Positions 50,952-59,993 of a DNA stretch of 64,000 nucleotides are shown piece by piece. The stretch is from Candidatus Eiseniibacteriota bacterium (GTDB lineage: Bacteria > Eisenbacteria > RBG-16-71-46 > CAIMUX01 > VGJL01): the NCBI GenBank assembly GCA_963792585.1, contig CAWBWI010000006.1, forward strand, positions 1 to 64,000, written 5' to 3'. The notes under the pieces are model-generated. The model saw only the letters and a list, made by a program, of their open reading frames with translations, ran no database searches and was not told where the DNA came from. The position numbers were made by a program, and so were the translations under genes. Every line of letters starts with the position of its first letter. Positions within the stretch are counted from its first letter, which is position 1.

Positions 50952-53339
50952 GTGAAAAGGACTTCCATCCTCGCGCTGCTACTCTGCCTGGTCATCATCC
51001 GCGAGGCCCCGGCGATCCGGGGCGTCGAGAACTACCCGAAGCTGCTGACCTATTCGTCAGCCATCAACGAGCTGCCGGCGGCGACACAGGACACGATCTC
51101 ATGGTATGACGTCGTCGTCTGCACCGAACGCCCGACGACGATCGTCTCGCTGCGGACACGCAACCCGGAGCAACGCTATCTCTGGGAGATCCAGCCGCAG
51201 TTCATCCAGCCGTACACGGAATCGGACCCCTGGTGGCTGCCTGACACCAGTTGGAGCGCGAAACGGCTGACGATGTTCTACGCGAAACAGAACGATTGGT
51301 ACATGCGCGATATCAACGGCCAGATCATCACCGACGGCACGCACAACCTCCTCAACTGGACCCGGTACTGCCCGGTGGGGACCTTCGGATCGTCCAAGGG
51401 TCTCCGCGCATCCCAGTGGATGGCGAGTGTCGGGCTGCCGACGATCGCCCTCTCCGGTCGCGGCCTCCCGGTCTGGAGTTGGGAGTCAGAGGATTCGTAC
51501 AACGGGTACATGTTCGAGATCCTGGTGGACTGCCTCGGCTCCTACGGTTGGCAGACCTATCAGTATGCCGATCCGAACCAGGACGGCGTGGCCGACGGGG
51601 TGACGCACACGTGCACCATGGGGGGCGCGGACGATACCCTTTCGGTCCTCTTTCGCGAGGAGAACGAGGACTTCTACCAGAGGCTCACCGTCGCATTCCC
51701 CTATGATTTCGTCTTCACGATCAACGAGAACACGAGTCCCGTGGGTCCCTGGTGGCGCACCCGTCTCTCCGGCATGAAGTTCGAGAACTGGATGCGGGGT
51801 TGGGGCCCGACCTGGGTCGATTGGTGGGATTGGTTCTACGGGAAGACGCCCCCCTCGGAGCCCCAGACGAACTGGGGAGCGGGCTATTACTGGGCCGAGA
51901 AGACCTTTGACAAGCCGGTCGTGGATCGGTTCAAAGGGTGGGACCTCTCCTTCATCGTGACCTGGAAGGAACGGGACAAGAGCGAGGCCGAGAACCTGCG
52001 GCAGATGCGATTCGGGCTGGGAACGGCCATGCTCGGCGACGGCTACTTCGACTACAGCTACGATGCCCGCCACCCTGTGTGGCAGCCGGAATTCGATTGG
52101 GACTTCGGCACTCCCGTCGGGGAATTCGATCGCGAGGTGTACGGGCAAGACACCGTCTACGTCCGCACCTTCACCAAGGGGATGGTGGAGGTCAACCCTG
52201 CCGTCGATGTCGTCAACGAAGTTCCCGCACAGGACACCCGCTTCACTTTTTGGATCCCGGTCCAAGATCTTCAGGCCGTGCCCTTTGGACCCAACGGGTT
52301 CTGGACGCAGTGGACATCGCCGGAGGGGGAAGGTGTCGAATCAGACTCCTTTGAACTTCGGTATGCGACGACCCCGATCACGATCGAGAACTGGGACGAC
52401 GCGACGCCCTATGCCGGCAATCCGGTCGACGCCGACCCGGGCGATGTGATCTCCCTTATCGTCACGGGGCTGGCGATCGATCGAACCTACTTTCTCGCCA
52501 CACGCTCGCACACGCGCGGGCACCTCGAGCCCGTCCTCTCGAACGTCGCCGAGGTCGCGGTCGGTGAAATCATCGACCTGATCCCGCCGGGAAGTATCGA
52601 GGATCTGCGGTCGACGAGGGTGGAGCCTCATGCGGTCGCGCTCGCCTGGACCTCCCAGGGGGATGACGGGGCTTTGGGCACCGCGACGCGCACGTTGATG
52701 CGTTTCCTCTTGGGCGAGACGATCGACGCCGAGGAGGATTGGGCGCGCGCCACGGTGGTGAACGGGCTGGGAGATCCGCTCCCTCCGGGAAGCACCGAGA
52801 CGTTCCGGATGGAGGGACTGGACTCGGACACGCTCTATGGTTTCTCCGTGCGCGCTGAGGATGAGGACGGCAATATCTCGGCGCTGGGCGCACCGTTGCT
52901 CATCCAAACGCCCGTGTCACCGCCACCTCCCCCGCCGGACCGCTCCGAGGAGACGCAGCTCGGTGACGATGGCGAGGACGGGGACGGACTTCGGAATCCG
53001 TTCGACAATCCAGATGCAGGTTCCCCGGGCGACTCGACGGCGCCCGAGCGGCCCTTCTCCCTGCGAGGCCCGTTGCCAAGCCGTCTCGAGGGGCACTTCG
53101 TGTTCGAGGTCGATCTGCCCTCCGAGTTCCGTCCGGATGAGCTGGTTCTGCTGATCGAAGATCCCATGGGCCGCGAAGTATGGAGCATGCGGGGCAGATC
53201 GAGGAATCGGGATGCCGGGGTGCTCTTCGTTTGGGATGGGACGGACGCCACCGGCGCGACCGTGGAGCCGGGCCCTTACTACGCCGTCGCACGGGCCGGG
53301 GTCGGCCGCATCCTTCACCGATTCGACCTCTTACAATGA
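50952..53339 (+). CDS. Secreted putative glycoside-hydrolase-like protein with two FN3 modules and a FlgD-Ig-like C-terminus
   Basis: Signal peptide; aromatic-rich catalytic-like domain with MRFGLGTAMLGDGYF and YVRTFTKGMVEVNP; FN3 modules; C-terminal IEDPMGREV..WDGTDATG..GPYY. Confidence 0.65.
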   Translation: MKRTSILALLLCLVIIREAPAIRGVENYPKLLTYSSAINELPAATQDTISWYDVVVCTERPTTIVSLRTRNPEQRYLWEIQPQFIQPYTESDPWWLPDTSWSAKRLTMFYAKQNDWYMRDINGQIITDGTHNLLNWTRYCPVGTFGSSKGLRASQWMASVGLPTIALSGRGLPVWSWESEDSYNGYMFEILVDCLGSYGWQTYQYADPNQDGVADGVTHTCTMGGADDTLSVLFREENEDFYQRLTVAFPYDFVFTINENTSPVGPWWRTRLSGMKFENWMRGWGPTWVDWWDWFYGKTPPSEPQTNWGAGYYWAEKTFDKPVVDRFKGWDLSFIVTWKERDKSEAENLRQMRFGLGTAMLGDGYFDYSYDARHPVWQPEFDWDFGTPVGEFDREVYGQDTVYVRTFTKGMVEVNPAVDVVNEVPAQDTRFTFWIPVQDLQAVPFGPNGFWTQWTSPEGEGVESDSFELRYATTPITIENWDDATPYAGNPVDADPGDVISLIVTGLAIDRTYFLATRSHTRGHLEPVLSNVAEVAVGEIIDLIPPGSIEDLRSTRVEPHAVALAWTSQGDDGALGTATRTLMRFLLGETIDAEEDWARATVVNGLGDPLPPGSTETFRMEGLDSDTLYGFSVRAEDEDGNISALGAPLLIQTPVSPPPPPPDRSEETQLGDDGEDGDGLRNPFDNPDAGSPGDSTAPERPFSLRGPLPSRLEGHFVFEVDLPSEFRPDELVLLIEDPMGREVWSMRGRSRNRDAGVLFVWDGTDATGATVEPGPYYAVARAGVGRILHRFDLLQ

Positions 53340-53546
53340 AAAGAGTCTTTCGCGGCGGATATTGTCGTGCCTATACTCGGACACGCCGGTACGTGACGAC
53401 TTTGATGAAGGGCGCATGGGAAGCCGGCTCCTGCGGTCGTAGCCGCAGGGAGAAGAACAACCAGCCTACCTGACGTCGCCGGCATCCCGATCTCGTACGT
53501 GTGTGTCGTGGCCACTTCGAGCTCCTGCCGGCAGGAGGATTGAAGA

Positions 53547-56500
53547 ATGGCCGCTCATCCTCGTTCGATTCCGGCACTGGTGTCGATTGCCTGGTTTGCG
53601 TTTCTATGCCCGTTCCTCGGTTGCTCGAGCGACGACGGCGGCACCTCGCCGGATGACTCGACCGCCCCCGCTGCGATCGCCGATCTGATCGTTCAGCAGA
53701 CGGGGACCTCGTCGGTCACGGTCCGATGGTCCGCGCCGGGAGACGATGGCGCGACCGGTCAGGCCGCGACCTACGACCTGCGCTTCATGGCGGGAGAGGC
53801 GTCGGCTTACTCATGGGCCGGCGCGACCGCGGCGGCGGGACTCCCGGCGCCGCAGACCGCGGGCACGACCCAGACCTACACGATCCAGGGGCTCACAGCG
53901 GGCGCGAGGTACACCTTCGCCATCAAGACGGCCGACGAGAAACCGAACTGGTCGGCAATCTCGAACCTCGTGAGCGCGCAGGCTGGAGAGGGGTCGACGG
54001 ATTGCCAGGTCGCACCGACGAGCCTCGACTTCGGCTCCGTCTCCGTCGGGTCGACTGCGGATCGGTCCTTCACGATCACCAATGGCGGAACGCAATCGAT
54101 CTCGGGAACGATCGGCGAATCGTGCGATCCATTCTCGATCGTCTCCGGCGGAGGCGCATTCACCCTGGACGCGGCGGAGACGCGCACAGTGACGGTGCGC
54201 TACGCACCGACAGCGGCGGGCAGCCATAGTTGCACGATCGACACCGGAACCCAGGTTTGCGCCGATGTCTCCTGCAGCGGGACGGCGACGGGGACATCCT
54301 CCGGTTGCACGGTCAGCCCGACGACCCTGATGTTCCCATTCACGGGGGTGAACAACTTTGAGCTGATGACGTTCTACATCACCAACAACAGCGCAACAGA
54401 CATCTCGGGGAGTGTGTCATCGAGCTGCAACACGTTCGAGGTGATGGTGGGCGGCGGCGCGTTCACCCTGCCGGCCGGGCAGCTTCTGATGGTGCTCGTC
54501 CGCTTCCGGCCCTCCGCGGAAGGAATCTATACCTGCACAATCGACACGGGACTCGGCGATTGCGACGATGTCGAGTGCAGCGGCACGTGCGGCGAGCTGC
54601 CGCCCGGGTGCACGGTGAATCCGACCGTCTTGCTCTACCCAGATACGCCGATAGGATCGACCTTCGACCAGGAGTTCACGATTGCAAACGACACCGACGG
54701 ATCGATCTCCGGAAATATCGCCTCCGGGAACTCCACGTTCAGCGTCATCAGTGGGGGCGGACCCTACACGCTGCAACCCGCTGAGATGCTGACAGCGACC
54801 GTCCGCTACGCACCGACCACCCACGGGACCCACACGGGCGTGATCCAGACGGGTCTGCCCTGTCTCGATGTCGGCTGCGCCGGGGCGTCCGTCGAGATCA
54901 ATCAGGACTGCCTCATCTATCCGGTCATCATCCTGAACTACGCGAAACGATTCGTGGGGACCTGGGAGGAGAAGACCTTCTTCATCCAGAATCTGAGCAC
55001 CGGCACCTTGACCGGCACCGTCGGCTCTTGCAGTCCCCCGTTCCAGATCGTCAGCGGAGGCGGTTCCTACTCGCTCGCGTTGGGACAGAGCCACGCCGTC
55101 ACGGTGCGATATGAGCCCACCTCGGCCGGCACCCACGTCTGCGAGGTCGACACCGGTTCGGGATGCACCAACGTTGGCTGCGTCGGGGTCGCCCTGGCGG
55201 CGGACCAGCCGCTCTGCGCGGTCGCGCCCACGTCGCTGACCTTCCCCGAGACAGGGGTGGGATCGACGAGCGATCGGACGTTCACGATCAGCAACAGCGG
55301 CACGGGAATGCTGACCGGATCGGTCCAGGAGGGTTGCGATGTCTACAGCATCCTCTCGGGGGGCGGATCCTACGCGCTCGCTGCGGGCCAGTCGCGCACG
55401 GTGACGGTTCGCTACACACCAACCTCGGCGGGACACCATACCTGCACGATCGAAACCGGCGCGAGCCTCTGCTCGGATGTCGATTGCGACGGAACGGCGA
55501 CGGGAGGATCCGCGGATTGCCAGGTCATTCCGACGGCTCTGGATTTCGGCGAGACCCAAGTGGGTGGGGTGAACCGGCGGAGCTTCAATATCTACAACGA
55601 CGGATCGCAAACATTTACGGGTTCGGTGTTGAGCTCTTGCGATGACTTCACCTTCATCACTGGGGGCGGTCCGTATTCCCTCGGCGCAGGAGAGTCACGG
55701 CTGGTCACCGTCCAGTTCGCGCCCACGGCGCCGGGCGAGGCGACCTGCGACATCACCACGGGGACATTCTGCACGCCGGTGCATTGCACCGGTACGGGGA
55801 TCCAGGACAACTCCGAGTGCACGATCGATACCGAGGGCGGCCTCGCCTTCGGCCAAGTCCTGGTCGGCGAGCAGAGCGAGCTTTCCTTCACGATCACCAA
55901 CACAGGGACGGGCGCGCTGAACGGGACGATCGCCCCGGATTGCCCGCCGTTTGTCATCGCGGATGGGTGGGGGCTCCTACTCGCTCGGGCCGTCCGAGTC
56001 GCGCACCGTCACCGTGCGATTCGCTCCGCAGGAGGTCGGGGAGTACACCTGCTCCATCCTCACCGGCTCTTCCTGCCCCAGTGTGGTCTGCACCGGCACC
56101 GGCATGGGGGTCCCGCCCGAGGACATGGTCCTGGTCCCCGCGGGGTCGTTCACCATGGGAAGCGATGAGGAGGAGGGCGGTACCGCGGAGATGCCGGAGC
56201 ACTCCCCGGACCTTTCTGCGTACTACATCGACACGTACGAGGTGACGAATGTGAAGTACGCCGAGGCGCTGAACTGGGCGATTGAACGAAACCTCATCGA
56301 AGTCACCGGCGACAGCGAGCCCAACGGGATCGTCTGGAACGGGCCCGGGACCGCCGGCGAGGCGTTCCTCTACATGGACGCCGAGTCGAATGAAAACAAC
56401 CAGTGCAGGGTCACATGGGACGGATCCGCGTTCGGCGTGGACTCGGGTTGGGACAACCACCCCGTTGTCTGGGTGACCTGGTACGGCGCCGCGGCCTACT

Positions 56501-57000
56501 GCAACTGGCGCAGTGGGATGGCGGGAAGAACCATGTGCTATGACTGGGACACCTGGGAGTGCAACTTCTCCGCGAACGGATATCGCCTGCCGACCGAGGC
56601 GGAGTGGGAGAAGGCGGCCCGCGGATCCACCGACGAGCGCACCTACCCCTGGGGCGAAGGGATCGACTGCACTCGATGCAATTACAGCCCCGACATCGAT
56701 CTTTGCATCTACTACACCGCGGCTGTCGACGATCCGACCTACGCCGACGATGTCTCTCCGTTCGGGGCCTGGCAGATGGCGGGGAACGTCTGGGAATGGT
56801 GCAATGACTGGTCCAGCGACGAGTATTACGCCAGTAGCCCGGTGAACGACCCAACGGGACCCGTCTCGGGCGCATTTCGCGTCTCCCGCGGCGGCAGCTG
56901 GTGGGATGGCGAGTACCATTCGCGGTGCGCAAACCGTGGGTGGGACAGTCCCGCCGACTTCTACGACCGCCTCGGATTCCGCATAGTCCGAAGACCGTAA
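53547..57000 (+). CDS. Lipoprotein: FN3 + seven Cys-rich Ig-like (ASH/choice-of-anchor D-like) repeats + C-terminal FGE-sulfatase (SUMF1) domain (frameshift at ~55965)
   Basis: AGGAGG RBS, lipobox FLG-C; ~100-aa repeats CxVxPTxLxF..FTIxN..GGGxYxL..VTVRYxP; C-terminal FTMGS, YEVTN, HPVVWVTW, RLPTEAEWEKAARG, MAGNVWEW, RGGSW, GFR. An extra G in gatgggtggggg joins ORFs 53547-56168 and 55951-57000. Confidence 0.85.
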
Positions 57001-57024
57001 TCTACGAGTCTCTGGATTCTCCAT

Positions 57025-57067
57025 GGGGGTGGTGGGTGGTCGAGAGCACCCGCCACCCCCGTTTGTT
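57025..57067 (+). terminator. Rho-independent terminator
   Basis: gggggtggtgggtg-gtcgagag-cacccgccaccccc followed by gtttgtt, 25 nt after the stop at 57000. Confidence 0.7.
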
Positions 57068-57159
57068 GAATTTCAGTCTCCGCCCGCCTCCGTGGCCGAC
57101 GCGTGTTAGAATGGCGCCGTTTTGGAGTATTCATTGGGGTCGGCAAAGGAGGGCGGATC

Positions 57160-59442
57160 ATGAACGGAACCTGGACCGCGCGCACGTGGCTGGGGTTGGC
57201 CCTGCTCACCATGTTCTTCGCCGGGGTCGCGATCGGTCAGGGCGCGCGCCCAACGGAACTCCAGAACGGCAACTTCGAAGCGGGACAGCCCGACGCGGTT
57301 CCGCCGGGGTGGAAGGTCACCACGTCCGCAACACGCGGATTCCTGAGCCGGAGCGAACCGGCGCAGGGAGAGAAGTGCGCCGTCCTCATGCGCGAGGGCA
57401 CGCCCGGCGCCGACGATTTCGGCAATCTGATGCAGGTCCTGGATGCAACCCCCTACCGAGGGAAGCGCGTCCGGTTCTCCGCGCAGGTCAAGCACTCCGG
57501 CGAACCCGGACAGGCGCAGCTCTGGTTCCGGGTCGATCGCCCGAACTTGACGCAGGGGTTCTTCGACAACATGGGCGACCGGCCGATAACGTCGGATCAA
57601 TGGAAGCGGTACGAAATCGTCGGGGACGTGGCGGAGGATGCCGTCACCCTCAATTTCGGGATGATCCTCATGGGCGGCGGAGAAGCTGTGATCGACGACG
57701 CCGAACTCAGCGTGGCGAAGCCGGCCCCCGTGGCGAATGTCCCACCACGCGCGCTGAGCGACCGGGGACTGGTGAACCTCGTGGCCTTCACGCGGCTCTT
57801 CGGCTATGTCCGTCACTTCCATCCGACCGATGAGGCACTCGCGGCGGACTGGACCCAGCTGGCAATGGCCGGCGCCGAGCAGGCGGAAGGAGCAACGGAC
57901 GCGCCGGCGCTCGCAAAGGTGTTGAACGACCTCTTCGGCGGGGTCGCGCCTTCGGTCCGAATCTCCGCGCTGGCCGGCTTCGGGCCGCTTTCGATCCCTC
58001 CCGGATCGACCCATTGGGTCTCTTGGCGCCACCGCGGCTACGGCCAGGGTCAAACCGGGGGCCAAGGCTTCTCTCTCTACTCATCGACCGTCGTGCGGGA
58101 ACTGATCGAGACGGACGACTCCAAGCGTGAAGGGACCAAGCCGGGTACCACGATGGAGGTGGATCTGGGCGGCGGCGTCTGGGCCTCGGTTCCGATCGGA
58201 ACCTACGCGGACGACAAGCGGACCCTTCCCCAGGCGATTGGAACGATCCCGACCGTGCAGCGGCCGGAGGGTTGGGAGCCGATCGGCGATGATCGGACGA
58301 CCCGGATGGCTGCCGTCGTCATCGCATGGAACATCCTTCAACATTTCTATCCCTACTTCGACGTCGTGCAGACCGACTGGTCCGGCGCGCTCGAGGAATC
58401 ACTCCGGCGGGCGGCCACGGATCCGGATGCGAAGGCCTTCCAGATCACCCTGGAGAAGATGGGCGCGGCACTGCACGACGGGCACACCCGCGTAACTGGA
58501 CCGCTCGTGCGCAACTTTCGGCCGCCTTTGACCTGGGCTTGGGTCGGAGAGGATCTGGTGATCACCCAGGCTCCGGGCGACTCGGTGTCATCCGGGATCG
58601 AGCGTGGAGACGTAGCGGTGTCCATCGACGGCCATTCGATCGCGGAGATCTATGCGGATGTGTCCTCCCGAATCTCGGCCGCCACCGAGCAGTGGCGAAG
58701 GTATCGCGCCCTCGACGCGATCGGAGCTTCGGAGAACGCCGGCGCCGTCACGCTGGTCGTTCGGCACGCGGATGGCACGACCGAATCGCTTCGAGTCCCT
58801 CTGGCGCCTCGGATCAGCGCAACGGACGAGCCGAAACCCGCGAATGGGACGGAACTGGCGCCGGGCGTCTTCTACTTCGATCTCAATGGCGCCAAGACCG
58901 AGACCCTGGAGCCGTTCCTGGCCACGTTCGCCTCCGCGAAGGGAGTCGTCTTCGATCAGCGGGGGTATCCCGGCTCGGCTGGCGCGGACCTGCTCCCCTA
59001 CCTTGCCGACAAAGCGATCCAGAGTGCCCACTGGAACGTGCCGATCATCCGGATGCCGGACGGGAAGGACGTCACCTACCAAACGTCCAACTGGGATCTG
59101 GCCCCCAAGAAACCCCACTTCGAGAGCAAGGTCGTCTTCATCACGGACGGACGGGCGATCAGCTATGCCGAGAGCTGTCTTGGCATCATCGAGGCGTACC
59201 ACCTGGGCGAGATCGTGGGCGGGCCGACCGCAGGAACCAACGGCAATGTGATCAGCCTCTCCCTGCCCGGACGGTACAAGATCACCTATACCGGGATGCA
59301 GGTGATCAAGCAGGACGGGAGCGTGCACCATGGGGTCGGGATCCAGCCGACCGTTTCCGTCTCCCGGACCATTCAGGGCATTCGTGAGGGGAAGGACGAG
59401 CTTCTCGAAAGGGCGGTCCAGGTGGCTTCCGGGGTCAAGTGA
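57160..59442 (+). CDS. Secreted S41 family peptidase with N-terminal CBM-like domain and PDZ-like domain
   Basis: AGGAGG RBS, signal peptide, NGNFE beta-sandwich, HFYPYF, LHDGH, FDQRGYPG, AISYAE, TAGTNGN, GVGIQP. Confidence 0.88.
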   Translation: MNGTWTARTWLGLALLTMFFAGVAIGQGARPTELQNGNFEAGQPDAVPPGWKVTTSATRGFLSRSEPAQGEKCAVLMREGTPGADDFGNLMQVLDATPYRGKRVRFSAQVKHSGEPGQAQLWFRVDRPNLTQGFFDNMGDRPITSDQWKRYEIVGDVAEDAVTLNFGMILMGGGEAVIDDAELSVAKPAPVANVPPRALSDRGLVNLVAFTRLFGYVRHFHPTDEALAADWTQLAMAGAEQAEGATDAPALAKVLNDLFGGVAPSVRISALAGFGPLSIPPGSTHWVSWRHRGYGQGQTGGQGFSLYSSTVVRELIETDDSKREGTKPGTTMEVDLGGGVWASVPIGTYADDKRTLPQAIGTIPTVQRPEGWEPIGDDRTTRMAAVVIAWNILQHFYPYFDVVQTDWSGALEESLRRAATDPDAKAFQITLEKMGAALHDGHTRVTGPLVRNFRPPLTWAWVGEDLVITQAPGDSVSSGIERGDVAVSIDGHSIAEIYADVSSRISAATEQWRRYRALDAIGASENAGAVTLVVRHADGTTESLRVPLAPRISATDEPKPANGTELAPGVFYFDLNGAKTETLEPFLATFASAKGVVFDQRGYPGSAGADLLPYLADKAIQSAHWNVPIIRMPDGKDVTYQTSNWDLAPKKPHFESKVVFITDGRAISYAESCLGIIEAYHLGEIVGGPTAGTNGNVISLSLPGRYKITYTGMQVIKQDGSVHHGVGIQPTVSVSRTIQGIREGKDELLERAVQVASGVK

Positions 59443-59626
59443 CGCTCGCGCCTCCAGCGTCCGGTCGCGTCTTTCGCTCATGGAATCCCGCCGCGGACCA
59501 TTCTAGCACCAGGAAACCCACGGGGTTGCCGATATGTAGATGAGGGGTGGCCGCCGAGCGGAGGTCTCCGTCACCTTTGGCGGCCCCGGGGGAAGGGACG
59601 CCCCGCGCGCATGGAGGAACTCGAAC

Positions 59627-59962
59627 GTGCAACGTTCCGGCGAGCCCAATCGCGGACCACGAATGACCGTCGTGAATGGAACCGGCGGGGAGCGCCCGCA
59701 ACCGCCCGCGCACGGGAGGGTCGCGCCCTCCATCGCCCTCATCGAGCCCATGCTGGTCCATGCGCCCAAGCGCCAGGCCACCGTGTTCCTGCTCTGTCTC
59801 TTCCTCGGCTGGCTGGGATGCCACCGGTACTACGTCGGGAAGCGGGGCACCGGCCGCCTCTACCTCGCGACCGGTGGACTGTGTCTCGTGGGCGTGCTGG
59901 TCGACCTCGCGCTCATCCTGACCGGATCGTTCAAGGACCGCTTCGACCAACCCCTCGTCTGA
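59627..59962 (+). CDS. TM2 domain membrane protein
   Basis: LLCLFLGWLGCHRYYVGKRGTG.LYL.TGGL..VGVLVD; GGAGG precedes the in-frame GTG at 59627 (ORF is open from 59540). Confidence 0.85.
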   Translation: MQRSGEPNRGPRMTVVNGTGGERPQPPAHGRVAPSIALIEPMLVHAPKRQATVFLLCLFLGWLGCHRYYVGKRGTGRLYLATGGLCLVGVLVDLALILTGSFKDRFDQPLV

Positions 59963-59993
59963 GGCCGCCAGGCCCGACCCGCCGCAATTCCGG

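Noticed and set aside
56860..57060. DGR variable repeat plus downstream hairpin at the end of the FGE domain
   Set aside because: No template repeat or reverse transcriptase in the window, no clear NNC/NNY codon bias at the variable positions, and the hairpin looks like an ordinary terminator.
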